The position numbers and the translations under genes were made by a program. A model generated the notes under the pieces. The model was not told where the DNA came from. It did no database searches and saw nothing but the letters and a program-made list of their open reading frames with translations. This document shows, in pieces, positions 13,318 through 26,102 of a stretch of 64,000 nt of DNA (its first letter is position 1; every line of letters starts with the position of its first letter). The stretch is taken from NCBI GenBank assembly GCA_965153285.1, contig OZ229113.1; one strand, 5' to 3'. Source of the stretch: Podarcis tiliguerta. Its lineage: Eukaryota.

Positions 13318-13567
13318 AAGTGGTACCTTAGTTCTTGAACTTGATGCATTCCGGAAGTCTATTCGACTCCCAAAACCGTTCAAAAACCAAGGCACGGCTT
13401 CCAATTGGCTGCTGGAGCTTCCTGCACTCAATCAGAAGCCACAGAAGCCACATCAGACATTCAGCTTCCAAAAAACGTTTGCAAACCGGAACACTCACAT
13501 CCGGGTATGCAATGTTTGGGAGCCAATTTTTCACGAGCCAAGCCGTTCAACTACCAAGGTACCACTG
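13318..13567. mobile_element. Tc1/mariner-type MITE
   Basis: AAGTGGTACCTTAGTT...AACTACCAAGGTACCACTG TIRs with TA flanks. Confidence 0.85.
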
Positions 13568-13629
13568 TATTGGCCCTCTTCTGATGTTTGAAGAAAGCAA
13601 ATGCTCTCTAGTCTTCTATTCTCCAGACT

Positions 13630-13850
13630 AGAAATACCAGTTCCTCCAATCTTTCATCACTGGAATTGTTTTCAATATCCCTGGTAATTTCCCCAGTCCT
13701 CCTATACCTGTTCCAATTTATCAACATCCACCTTAAAGTGCAGTACCCAGAACAGGACACAATATACCCAATTAGATCTGGCTACTTGGAAACTACTATT
13801 ATTTTATTGCAGCCTATATCATGCTAGCCATGTTTGCAAGCTGGCCACAA
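13630..13850 (-). mobile_element. decayed CR1 LINE RT fragment
   Basis: CCAGAACAGGACACAATATACC resembles the reverse complement of the CR1 'LEYCVQFW' coding motif; heavily diverged. Confidence 0.45.
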
Positions 13851-14479
13851 CCCCCTCCCCCCAACTGGCTGTAGCCATTTACTCTACAATCATCACAATA
13901 ACTGGTATGGCAAAAGAAACAGTTGATATAATTGTGCTGTTCCTTCCTGGAGATGTCCAAGATGAAACAAAACAGCCACAATGGTAAGGGATTCCTGAAG
14001 CACTCTAAAGTTCAGACTTCAGGCAAGTTGGTAAAAGCAGCAATATCAAGCTGACAAAGTAAAATTGTCTTTTAATTGACCTCCATCTCTTAGCAATTAC
14101 CATGTCAGATTGCTTTCAACAAGCATGTCCAAGCCATAAACTCCTGCTGACGCTGGGAATATAACCCTCCAGGGGAGAACAAATCACATACATTTGAGTT
14201 TTCATGCTTTGGAGCTGACTAAACATTTCTACCAATGTTGAGAAATGGGAACATAGGACCGCGCTGCCTTACCCAGAGGCAGACTATTGGGCCATGCAGC
14301 TCTGTATTGTTTGCACTGACTGACAATAGCTTTCTGGGGTTTCAGACAGGGGTCTCTCCCAGCCTTACCTGGGGGTGCAAGGGTCCAAAAACTTCTACAT
14401 GCTCTACCACTGGGTTACAATGTTTCTCCTGAAGATGATAGGCATTTCCCAGATTAAGTAGCCTTTATTATAGTTCAAG

Positions 14480-14841
14480 AAGGGACGTGGGTGCCGCTGT
14501 GGGTTAAAGCCTCAGCGCCTAGGACTTGCCAATCGAAAGGTCGGCGGTTCGAATCCCCGCGGCGGGGTGCGCTCCCGTCGTTCGGTCCCAGCGCCTGCCA
14601 ACCTAGCAGCTCAAAAGCACCCCCGGGTGCAAGTAGATAAATAGGGACCGCTTACCAGCGGGAAGGTAAACGGCGTTCCGTGTGCTGCGCTGGCTTGCCA
14701 GAGCAGCGATGTCACGCTGGCCACGTGACCCGGAAGTGTCTTCAGACAGCGCTGGCTCCCGGCCTTTAGAGTGAGATGAGCGCACAACCCTAGAGTCTGG
14801 CAAGACTGGCCCGTACGGGCAGGGGTACCTTTACCTTTACC
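14480..14841 (+). mobile_element. Sauria SINE, full length
   Basis: GGGACGTGGGTGCCGCTGTGGGTTAA head, GGTTCGAATCC B box, GTGCAAGTAGATAAATAGG core, (ACCTTT)n tail; 15-bp TSD TTATTATAGTTCAAG. Confidence 0.95.
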
Positions 14842-17800
14842 TTATTATAGTTCAAGGTCCAGTGTTGATTACAGCTATACAACATGGAACAAAACCTCCA
14901 TTGTGGACAAGACTGCATTTGTCCAGATGAGATTTACAGTTTAGGGGTGCTATAGGACACAAGACTGATAACATAAAAATAGATTTGGGAGTGGGACACC
15001 ATTACAACATCCCCAAAGGCCTCGTCCACAAACCCCTCTGCCTCTCCTAGCTTTTCTAGGTCTGTTACCTTGGTCTCAAGGGAACAAACTTGTTTTCAGA
15101 GAGGCAGGAGTTCATTGCATTGAGGACACACCCATGACTTCTGTCCAAAAGGCAGCTAGTCGTACATGGGAGAGGCAGAGCAAAACACTGGGAAGTCCCG
15201 TTATTCCTGGATGCCCATGCTGCAGCTGTTATTGGATTCAATAACACCTACGTCTGGAAGAGTGAGACCCAGACACTGTCATTTATGCACTGGTGATGTG
15301 TGTAGTGATATCTGAAAACGCTTCAGAAACTTCAGCTGGTACAAAATCCTACTGCTTGCCCCTTGGTGGGATCGTGTCCACACAAGTATTGTCTGTTCTG
15401 AACCAGCTACACCAGCTGACACTTCATTTCTGAGGCCATTCAAAGCCCTAAATGGCCAGGGAGGCTCTGATTTAGGTGCCATGTGGTATAGAGGTTAGGT
15501 TTAGAAGTAAGACCTTTTCCATCACAGTCCCAGTATTATGGCATGCACCCATGCCTGCTTTTTCTAATTAATCAAGACTCTTGTTGCAAAGGGTATTTGA
15601 CTATTGATTCAATTCTGTAGCTGTTCTGTCAAGTTTAAGGTCTATTTTGACCAGTTTTCTACAGAGACCCCTTTAGCCAAAAGGCAGGCTGCATGTTTTC
15701 TATTATTATTTTTTTAAAGAAAACTTACATGTATTATATATCACTTGGAAAAATCATTCCCTCTCCAAAAAGTGGCATTATTTCTTTTTTTAAAAGAATA
15801 AATTGCTCTGAAAACTAACTATGGGCTATTAAAAAGCTGCAAACATGATTAAGAACAGTATCTTACAGTCTCTGTGCCAATTAACATTACATTTTCCAGT
15901 CAGATGCTGGCTCCTGTGAATGATCCCGAGAGACACATAAAATATTACACGCGTATTTCTTCCCCAGCAAGTGAACTGTAATAGTCTAGCTACACAGGAC
16001 AGTAAACTCAACAGAATACTTACCTAGCTGACAGATAGTCTGCATACTAAACTTCAAGGAATGGAAGTAACAGCTACAGCTATAGATTTGCTTCTAAAAG
16101 GAATAGTCTCCTTGCAAATACACTGGTCATCCGGTGCTGTGTTCTAAAGCAACTGTCCACTTACTGTTGCTGGAGACCTGCTGAATATGTCCTGAATATG
16201 GCTGCCATGTGCTGATACGATGCTGCAAGCTCACAAGGAAGCTGCAGAACCATGGACAGCTCCAAGTGAGCCATTTTCTCAAAGGGGGTTGGGAGCATTT
16301 TATGTCTCTGCGTCCAGACTACTTCCTCCAGGCTCTACTCCCTTGAAAGAACTTCAGAGCCTTAAAGGTCCAACCCTCTGCCCTGAAGGCAGGTTCTCCT
16401 CCTTGTTCCATAGCCTCCCTTCTGGTGCACTCCCAGGACTGCTGGACTAGTGATGTGTAGTGGGAGGTGTTTTGTTCTTCAGACTCAGGGAAAGGTGTCC
16501 ATGAGGGTTCAGGCTGTGGGCCCATAGGGCCTGGTAGGTTCTTCTGGAAGTTCTTGTTCAAGCTCCTCAGGCACAATGGTCGCCCTATCTTCTGCATTCA
16601 GCTCTCAGCCCTGACCCTGACCTGGCTTCCCACCGGATGCTCCTGCGGCTGCCAACTCTGCATTCAGATCACTGCTGGATACTGGGTCGCGGCAAGGGAC
16701 AGAGTTTCCCATGCCTCGTAACTTCTTGATTGGACCACTGCAATATATTTACATGACACTGCCCCTGAAGATTTCTCAAACCCTCCATTAGTAACCTAGC
16801 AACTGTATTTTCAGTTGGAATAAGGAGCATATTTCACCAGTATTCAAGGCAAGTAAATCAGGCAAGATTGTTTTAATTGTGCTGGCTGTAATCTTCAAAG
16901 ACCCGAATGGCTTACGACAAGGGTGGGGAACCTAAGGTCCAGGGGTTAAATGTGGTCTTTCAGGGCTCTTTCTCACACCTTCAGGACTCTTGCTGGGCCA
17001 TGCCCTGTGCCAGGTCAATTCCGCTCCACACTCTCTTTCAGGACTTTTATCTGGCTGGAATGTGGCATGCTTAACTATGAGCATGCCACTGGCTTGCCTG
17101 AGCGGAGAGTGGTGTGTGTATAAACCTCTGGTTTATATTAAAGTCACATCCACTTATCCACCCACTTGCCTCTAGCCCTATCAACCACTGGCATGTAGCT
17201 CCTGAAAGATTCCCCCCAAAGGAAGTGAGACTCTCCATCTGAAAAAGGTTCCACTACTGGCCTAGGACTTAGTTATTTTCATTTATTTGTCTATGTAGGC
17301 CCACCACCACCCTTCAATGAATCATGAAGGCTGCTACCATCGCAGCCTACTTGTACACTGCATTGTTCAGCGGCTTTCCTGCGTGTCACCCTACCACCTG
17401 AAGTTAGAGAGCAAAGAAGGGTCTTCCATATCACCCTACCATCTGAAGGATAGCAATCAGGGAGAGGGCTCTCTCAATCACAATATGTCACATACAGAAT
17501 GATCTCTGTGGAAAAACTCCTCTGGCACCAGCATCAGTGTCCTTCTGAAGCTGGGTAGAAACTTTGGGTTGTATCCAGAATAGCACTAAGATAGAGTCAC
17601 TTAGTGGTCTTCTTGTTCCACGGGTGAATTAATTTGCTCCAGTGGAACATTATGGAACAAGAGAACACATACACAGGTTGCTGATAACTTCTTTGTGCAA
17701 TAGACTGCACAGCCGGTTGCACAACGAGTTTCTGCTAGCACAAATGTTGTGTTGGATTCTTCTGTTGCACATCCAGTAGTATAAGAGGACTCACGCCAGC

Positions 17801-19047
17801 TGCCAGAGAACAATGGACACAGCCCTTTATTTGATCAGACATTCCATTACGTTTTGCAGCTGGTTTAAATTTATCATCTGATGGCTCTCTGCTGGATGTT
17901 GTCAATGCTACTGATTTTATGGCTGATGCTTTTACGATTTTTGTACCGTGTTTATTCTGAGTTTTATTTCTTATATTGATCTTCAGTTATATGCTACCCT
18001 GGCCCTGAAGGACAGCCAATAACTTGAATGATTGACTGGTGACAGAAAGAAATAAGGACATTGCTATTGCACCTAGAGATCACATAAATGGAATGAGCCC
18101 ACATTTAAGAGAGGCCTGCTATTTCTGCGGTGAGTATCTTGGCCAGATGTGTTTGTAAAGTGATCAATGGTGCCTTCTATCCTTTTAATCAAAGACTTGA
18201 CTTACTGGTCCATTATTTTCCTCTGGGTCCTTCCAGTCTATCAGCTTTAAGAAAAATGATTGCTTAACCCAAGTCAAAAGATAATTAAGAATGGTTCAAA
18301 CTGAGGTTTGACTCTCACTTGATGAGTAAATATCCTTATATCGTTAAGCCCTAAAGCCTTAAAGGAATTTTGAATACTTGAAGCTTCCAAGATGCAGCAC
18401 TTAACAGAGAAAGAGCAAATCCTCCATATCAAGAGAGAGAGTTGGGAAGCCCAACTCACTCTAAGGAGTTTATAGTGAACTCTGCTTTCAAAGTCTTATC
18501 CTCCTCCACCAGTCTTGAAAATGCTGTGACCTTCTGCCACATTCTCCATAGTTGTGAACTTCCCCCTCCCAGCCAATTTCATACTCCCTCTTTATGCCCT
18601 TTTTCCTGTGCATGAAGGACTGTGGGCTACTGTAAAACCACAGTCCTCAAGGAATATTTCCTCCAGTATCTGAACTTCAAGGACTTGTTCCCGCTGAAAA
18701 TCCTGATTAAAAGTCTCAGAAGCCAAAATTTCATCAAGGAGGAAAAATATCCCTGTAGCAAATGCATTAACCTTCAAAGAGGCTTTGTGGGGTTCTGTAG
18801 TAGAAGCAAACCGGGGGGGGGGGGGATATGTACCATATGTTAAAAAAAATAAATCATAATAAATTCAATCAATAAGTTTAGCCAAAGACCAGGACAATCG
18901 AAATAAATTATGTAGGTGGGGGAAGGGAATGCACAGATACAAAAGATCTCATACCACACATTAGTTTTAGAGCAAATATGAAAAAGTGTAATTTAGAACT
19001 CATCTCCTTTTATTAATATTGGAGCAGGCCCGTTTTAAGGGGAAGTA

Positions 19048-19289
19048 CAGTGGTACCTCAGGTGAAGTACTCAATTCGTTCCGGAGGTCCGTTCTTAACC
19101 TGAAGCTGTTCTTAACCTGAAGCACCACTTTAGCTAATGGGGCCTCCTGCTGCCGCCACACTGCCAAAGCACGATTTCTGTTCTCATCCTGAAGCAAAGT
19201 TCTTAACCTGAAGCACTATTACTGGGTTAGCGGAGTCTGTAACCTGAAGCGTATGTAACCTGAAGCGTATGTAACCTGAGGTATCACTG
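19048..19289. mobile_element. Tc1/mariner-type MITE
   Basis: CAGTGGTACCTCAGG...CCTGAGGTATCACTG with TA TSDs; same family as 10455 in the opposite orientation. Confidence 0.9.
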
Positions 19290-19814
19290 TACTGGGGGCA
19301 AATGCACCAGGGCTCACAAATGGAAGGGGCCCATCAACACTGACACTGCTGCCAATGTTTTTCCCCTCAGAGTCTCCCTAATGTGGGCTCCATAGACCTA
19401 ACTAGAGAAGATAAAACATACAGCAAATCAGAATGTGTATCAGAAGAAATGCTAGTTGCATCCTGTTGACCCAATATATCCATGACTACTACTTACAGTT
19501 ATGATTGTTTGTTTGAGTGAGTGAGTGATTGATTGATTGATTGATTTCTTAACTACCCTTCACAGTGTGGTGAAATCCCAGTTAGGGGAAAAGACTGGAT
19601 ATGATAAATATAAGGAGGTCCCAGGGCAGGTTACTGCCAGCCAGCCAGCCCCAAAGATTCAATTCCAGTTGTGGATCTTTTTGGTACAGTATTTTTTTAT
19701 CTGGATTGGAGAGAGAGTGGCAGAGAGGACATTTAAAGGATGCTCCCCACTTACGTGATTTTCACTTATACACACAGGACGCCAGAACATAACCCTCCAC
19801 ATAAGTGGGGAGTT

Positions 19815-19840
19815 GTGTGTGTGTGTGTGTGTGTGTGTGT
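19815..19840. repeat. (TG)n microsatellite
   Basis: Visible dinucleotide run. Confidence 0.9.
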
Positions 19841-21352
19841 GGTATCAGGCCAGGTAAAGAGGTGTGTCTTCAGCATATGATGACATATAACAAAGGTGTC
19901 ACCAAACACACCTCCACATGGATTGTGGAAGCCGTTAATGGTGTATTTGTTCACATAATCTTACCAACTACTCCTGAACCCTTAGATTCCACCAAGATAG
20001 CCTAGTGGAATCTCATGAGCACGTGAGAGAGGCACAGAACAAGGTCAAACACAGGTTAGCCAATAACACTTCAGCAAAGTTGGAAAATTTAAGAATATCA
20101 TACTGTTGAAAGTATAGCCTGGGGAGAGAGGTGGGGTGAGTATGTTGTTCTCAGTAAGATTGGAACTGGGCAATAAAAGGTTACACTGACTTCCATGTGA
20201 CCTGCAGCAAAGAGGGGTGGCAATATTTCAATACTTAAACTGAAAAGTTTTCACTCAAATCTCTGTTTCACAAGGAGATTGATTGTACTGGAAGAGCTTT
20301 ATCCTCTGATCCTCAAAAAACAAAATTACATTTTCCAGTCAATAAGGCTTTAAGGTTTTTAAAGTCCGATCTAAGAAATCTCCAATTAAGGCTTAGCCAC
20401 TCAGAGCAGGGAATTTGGAATTTTCTGGATGCCCTGCAAGAGCCACAGATGGGAATTTATCCACAAGCACAAGCGGAACAAACTTTTGGATTTACCATGG
20501 ATTTCCTCCCTTTAATCACACTCAGCAAGGAACTTAGCAAGTGACAAAAAAGTAAATAAATCCATCCTTCTACTTCAAATGCCACCAAGAAGAAAGGGGC
20601 TCTGGCAATGTAAATGGAACATCAATTGCTTAAGTCAGATGGAAATCAATGGCTTCCCTTATACACACATACACACACGCAGAGCTGACCAACAGGTTAT
20701 TCCCGCTGAGTGCAAAATCGCTGAGTGATGTTTCTGCTTGCTAAGCAGCTTTGTTTACTCACCAGACATAGTGGTCTCCGTTCAAGACAAAGGGGTACAA
20801 CACTCCCACCTCCCTTGCCTGCTAAGGTTAGGCAGCAGACCCAGCCACTTCAACAGAATACAATTAGCAAGAAAGGAAGACATGCATCAGGAGAATTGTC
20901 TTGCAGCAGCTCAAGTAGACACAAAGTTTCCAAAGCTCTTACAAATCAAATGCAGTCACCACATTGATCCAAAGTCATCCCCTTGGAATTACTGAAGCCT
21001 GCTGTCTTGTCTGCAAATAAACTCTAGTTAGTTCTCCCTCGGTGAGAAATGAGAAAATGCAGACTACTTCCAATGCACGGTCATTAGGCAATTGGGGCCA
21101 TAATCACAGTGCTTATGCTGGAGTTGATGGGAAATGCTGCAGAAATCCCAGTGCAGGTTATGGAGAACATTGCAGGAAGCTCTTGGAGTTCCCTGCTGGT
21201 TTAGCGCTAACCACTGACCATCATAGAATCACAGAGTTGGAAGGGACCAGCATGGGATGCATCCACGTGGGTGAATAGTTGTGTTTGAACTTTTGAAGTA
21301 GAAAATAGATGCGTGTCAATTTTATTTTTAGACATTTAGTAAGTCAGTTGCT

Positions 21353-21722
21353 AAAGGTAAAGTTAAAGGTACCCCTGCCCATATGGGCCAGTTGTGTCCG
21401 ACTCTAGGGTTGCGTGCTCATCTCGCTCTAGAGGCAGTGAGCCGGCGCCGTCCGAAGACACTTCCGGGTCACGTGGCCAGCGTGAATAAGCCGCAGCTGG
21501 AGAGCCAGCACCAGCGCAGCACATGGAAACGCCGTTTACCTTCCCGCTATAAAGCGGTCCCTATTTATCTACTTGCACTTAGGGGTGCTTTCGAACTGCT
21601 AGGTGGGCAGGAGCTGGGACCGAACGACAGGAGCTCACCCCGCCGCGGGGATTCGAACCGCCGACCATACGTTCGGCAAGTCCTAGGCACTGAGGTTTTA
21701 CCCACAGCGCCACCTGCATCCC
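21353..21722 (-). mobile_element. Sauria SINE, full length
   Basis: Reverse complement of the family at 14480; 13-bp TSD TAAGTCAGTTGCT (21340-21352 / 21723-21735). Confidence 0.95.
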
Positions 21723-22345
21723 TAAGTCAGTTGCTGCAGCTATCTAAATCTCAATTAAGTTAGGATAATAAAGAACTGGAATTTGCCATTTCAGTTGAGT
21801 GGAGTCCTGGAATCCATATCAGAAGCAAATCAGCACAACCCCTTCATCTATGAAACTCTTGCGGGTGGGGTTGCTTCTAGGTCAAAGACCTCTGATAGCA
21901 ATTTCTCCTGAGAGTTTCGTGCTTTGGTCATGTTGTTGATTGTTGCCACTTCACAACACTAGGCTGTTCTGGGGCACTGCCATGCAGAATTGTTATTTTT
22001 TTGTGGTCTCCACATTGGGGGCAGGCAATGTGCTTGGATTGGTCCTCAGCCCCCATGCCAGTTATTCATAATATATCTGACAAACCAAACCAATAGCAGA
22101 TGGGACAAAGACAACCCTCACACAACAGTCATAATTATCATATTATTACATATGGAATTTCCAACTCATATTAGGCAGAGAGCTTTTCAGTAACCTGCAA
22201 CTCATTAATGCTCAATGAGGAGAGAGAAAACCTTATAAATCCAGCACTGCATATACTAGCAGGTGAAGGTCTAAAGCGAGGAACTGACATTTGTTCTGAT
22301 ATCAGCAAACTATTAAATTTGTATCCCACCCTTTCAGCCAAAGAT

Positions 22346-22446
22346 CCAACTAAATTTTACTCAGAATAGACCCACTGAAATCAATGAACATGACTGAGTT
22401 AGGTTTATTAATTGCAATGGGTCTATTCTGAGTTAAACTTAGTTGA
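22346..22446. repeat. small palindromic (hairpin) MITE-like element
   Basis: ACTCAGAATAGACCCA...TGGGTCTATTCTGAGT inverted arms extended by CAACTAA/TTAGTTG. Confidence 0.65.
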
Positions 22447-22527
22447 ATTCCACCCTAGAGTGGCTAATATGTTTCATGACACTGTGTCTGCCCTGGCATT
22501 TTTTCGTCTTGCGAAGCACCAACGTGT

Positions 22528-23211
22528 ATTGTGGTGGACTTTAGGAGACAGAAGAGCAATGTCCAGCCACTTTTGATTGATGGGGTCTGTGTGGAGAGGG
22601 TAACAACGTTCAGATTTTTGGGCATTGAACTACAAGAGGATCTGTCCTGGAGTGTCAACACAAGGGGGCTTGTGAAGAAGGCGCAGCAGAGACTGTATTT
22701 TTTGAGAATACTAAGGAAAAACCATCTTCCGCAGAAACTGCTGCTTGCCTTCTATCACTCTGCCATTGAGAGCGTGCTTACTTATGGCTTATGTGTGTGG
22801 TACGGAAGCTGTACTACCCAGGACAGGATGGGGTTGCGCAGGGTTGTTAAGGCAGCAGAGAGCATTGTTGGCTGCCCACTCTCCACCTTAGAGCAGATTT
22901 ATGCCGCAAGGTGCCATAGGAAGGCACTGGACATAGTAAAAGATCCATCGCATCCTGGTCACTGTCTCTTCGAGCTCTTGCCGTCAGGACGGAGATACAG
23001 GACGATGAAGACAACAACGAGCCATCTTAAGAACAGCTTCTTCTCCAGAGTGATCTCGGCCCTGAATGGGAAGCCCGGACTTTGAAAGTCATCTAATCTC
23101 CCTTGCTGTATTTTACTATATTTTTTAATTAGTGTTTTTATGGAGCAGCCAAGTAATTTCGTTGTCCCCGAAGGGGGCAATGACAATAAAGATATTATTA
23201 TTATTATTATT
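22528..23211 (+). mobile_element. Rex1/Babar-type LINE 3' fragment with open RT C-terminal ORF (22531-23085)
   Basis: VDFRR...VERVTTFRFLG...LSWS.NT..LVKKAQQRLYFLR.LRK...FY.SAIESVLTY...VWYG...DPSHPGH.LFELLPSGRRYR...KNSFF is the Rex1-type C-terminus. AATAAA at 23185-23190 and a (TAT)n tail. Confidence 0.85.
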
Positions 23212-23388
23212 GACGGTTTCCCATAGGAATGCATTGGCGGTTTAAAAAAAAAAAAGGCGCAAGACGTTTCGTCTTGCGAAGCAAGCCCATAGGGAAATCC
23301 GTCTTGCGAAGCAACTCAGAAAACGGAAAACCCTTCCGTCTAGCGAGTTTTTCGTCTTGCGAGGCATTCGTCTTGCGGGGTACCACTG
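23212..23388. mobile_element. Tc1/mariner-type MITE, right part (left remnant at about 22495-22527)
   Basis: Internal TTCGTCTTGCGA repeats on both sides of the Rex1 fragment; right TIR GGTACCACTG followed by TA. Confidence 0.8.
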
Positions 23389-23603
23389 TATCTAAAATCT
23401 CGGTACAAGCCCAAAACAAAAAAGGCAGAGGGGAACCATTCCCTTCCCTACCAACAGTCTACATTTCCTGTTATCCCAAGTGAAAAGTCTGTTGTGGACT
23501 GAAGCATGGAGCCCCAACCAATCAAAGAGACAATGCTCAGCAGTTGATTCAGTCCTTACTCCCAAGTCTGCCTCTAGGATCTTTCTGTACTACAGGAATA
23601 TTC

Positions 23604-23604
<1 letters not shown>

Positions 23605-23649
<45 letters not shown>
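23605..23649. repeat. compound (TG)n(AG)n microsatellite
   Basis: Visible run. Confidence 0.95.
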
Positions 23650-23651
<2 letters not shown>

Positions 23652-24320
23652 TACATTTTTCCCTACCTGGGAATATGGCACAGCTGAAGAAAGGAAAGGC
23701 AAACATGTTCAGAACTGTAGAATGAAAACGAGCCCAGTACAAGAGGTAGCAGGGGGACTTTCCCCCAAATAGCAGTAACATTCATACTGGTGATAATGTC
23801 TATACTGGCAGTTGTCTTGTAGATGACATAATACAGCATAAAACACTTGAGAAAATATTTTATGGTTGCCGCTTAAGCAGTTCTTGAAATATGTTGAGCT
23901 TTTATTGCATTGTATAACACACACACACACATTAAAATAGTAATTCACTAATTAAATTCAGCTGAGTATTGCTATTTTTTATTGTTTTAAACTTAAAAAC
24001 ACATCAACATGTTTTATAATTTGATTTTTTTATAACAAGGTATAAAATTGTATGCTTTAGAAATGTAATATTTTGTTATTTATGTATCTGAATTCTGAAA
24101 ATAACTGTAACTAAATTTAAAGACTAAAGTTAAAAATAACTACTTTGTGAGGTATAGAATTTTGCAAGGTGTTAAATATGGCTCAGGTCCTTATTACATC
24201 AAGGTTGCAAGATCTTTGGCCAGAGGAAAGGGAGTTTTCATCAAAAGAGCCACCAGATCTAGCTAGATTTTGTGAGGTTGTTGTTGTTGTTTAATAAGGT
24301 AGCTTAAGCTATTTTCTTAC

Positions 24321-24667
24321 CTGTTTCCCATCCAGTGTGTACAGGCGCTTAACTACTCCGGAATCCAGCTTGATGGCATCAGTGATATCAGTGAGAACCT
24401 GCTCAAATGAATGCGCTGTCTTCTTGTTAAGCAGAATCCGGACTGCTTTACGGGGCTTCACACCACTCCTGATGATTGTGACCAGTTTAGGCCTAATGAA
24501 ATCCTTGTTCTCCTTCTGGTCTGAAGGGCTTCCTTTGGCCGAGGCAAGAGAGGCCACTGTGCGGGCAGCGGAGGTGGTTTTCACATTCACTGACCAATTG
24601 GGATTTACATTCTTTGTGTACTCCAGCTTCTTGAAGGGCTCTATCGAACCACACACATAGCTCTCTC
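24321..24667 (-). CDS. DCLK1: DCLK1 exon 3, linker and most of the second DCX domain
   Basis: Acceptor TTCTTTTTCTTAG|GA at 24668 and donor CAG|GTAAGA at 24320. The 347 nt join in frame to exon 2 (G|GA = Gly). Translation [29 protein letters not shown]...[62 protein letters not shown]. Confidence 0.98.
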
Positions 24668-25270
24668 CTAAGAAAAAGAAGGTGCAGATCATTAGCTCAA
24701 ATGTCATTTCCTATTGCGACATTTACGTCTTTTCGAGTGAGCACTCTCCATTTTACTTATGACAACCTAAGCAGAAGATGTAGACATACAACTGTTGCAG
24801 AGGGTGGGGTGATTAATAAAATCAATCCTCCTGCCAGAGTGGGAATATCCCCTCATTTACACAGTTTAGGATATTCCACCATTCTTCAGCAGTTTCTTTT
24901 CTTTCAGCAAAGGAAGCAGCTCACATATATGTCAAACAAAGCTTTAATAATAAAGAAAATTGTAACACAATAACATACTGTCTGAGAGAAACTAAAACAA
25001 CAATATGAGGCAAGAAGCAAAAAATGACAGTTGGTCTCTCTAACGAAACTTAACTGAACATACAAAGGGAGGGGTTGATTCCGAAGCACAACAGAAAAGC
25101 CACCAGATGCCAGACATTCTACTATTCAAATTAGGCCCCAGTGTTTTTCTAACAACTACTACTTCCTATGTCTCAGAGGCATTTCCTTTTTATAATAAAT
25201 AAATAAACCACCCTGATTGTTCTGTGAACCGTCCTGAGACCTCCAGGTATGGGGGGTTTATAAATTCAAT

Positions 25271-25318
<48 letters not shown>

Positions 25319-25319
25319 A
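25271..25319. repeat. (GAAA)n microsatellite, tail of an L2-like 3' end
   Basis: Visible tetranucleotide run preceded by TGTGAACCGTCCTGAGACCTCC. Confidence 0.9.
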
Positions 25320-25512
25320 TTGTTTCAAAATGCCTAGAGGTTTTGAATAAGAAAATGAGGAGCATCTACCACATACACTCCAGAATCTGAGGAACTCTAA
25401 GATTTCAGGAAGAGAATGTCTGGGAGAGAACTATAAGCCCCTGGAAACCTTCTCTAGAAGATGCAGTTATGGAATAGCCATGCAAATATGCAACCTTCAA
25501 TATTAAACACAT

Positions 25513-26102
25513 TGGCTGTGTTCACATGCCATAGTTAATGGCTTGCTGTGAACAAGCAGATCACTCCTGCCTTAACTATTTTCCATTAGAAGCAACGAGC
25601 TATGATCCTTAACTGAGTACCATATCCAAACCAGGGATTATGCTTCGTTTTGCTCTAAATTAACTACAATCTGAAGTCAATGTTTGTTCTTGGCTTACCA
25701 AACATGGTTTGCTTTGGAGCAGAACAAAAGACAATCTCCAGTTTACATTTAATGGTAAGCCAACTGTCATGTTTTGCTGTTCCCATTCACTAGCAGGGAG
25801 AAGTAATGTGGGAGTGATCTACTTGCAGGGAGGAGTGAACGTAGAGTGATCTACAAGTTCTTGGCAAAACCATTGTGCTAGGAGGTGGGATGCACTGTGC
25901 CTATGGTGAAAACATGAGCGCACCTCACAAACATACATCTAGTGCGATTGGGTGGGTATTTTGTGGTTTTGCTATTTTATATTGTTTCGATTGACTTGCA
26001 TTTATCAGTCATCGCTTTGGGGCAGGGGGGGTCTTTGGGACAAAAAGTAGTATATAAAACCATAACATAAACCACAGCTTATCATGTTGTGTGAATGCAG
26101 CC
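25513..26102. mobile_element. putative old non-autonomous DNA transposon
   Basis: Inverted ends GGCTGTGTTCACA...TGTGAATGCAGCC; degenerate interior. Confidence 0.35.

Noticed and set aside
22531-23085. 184-aa ORF as a host gene
   Set aside because: It is the C-terminus of a Rex1-type LINE with a (TAT)n tail and no true ATG start.
24668-24707. N-terminal extension of the exon-3 ORF in the track ([13 protein letters not shown])
   Set aside because: Intronic polypyrimidine tract upstream of the acceptor.
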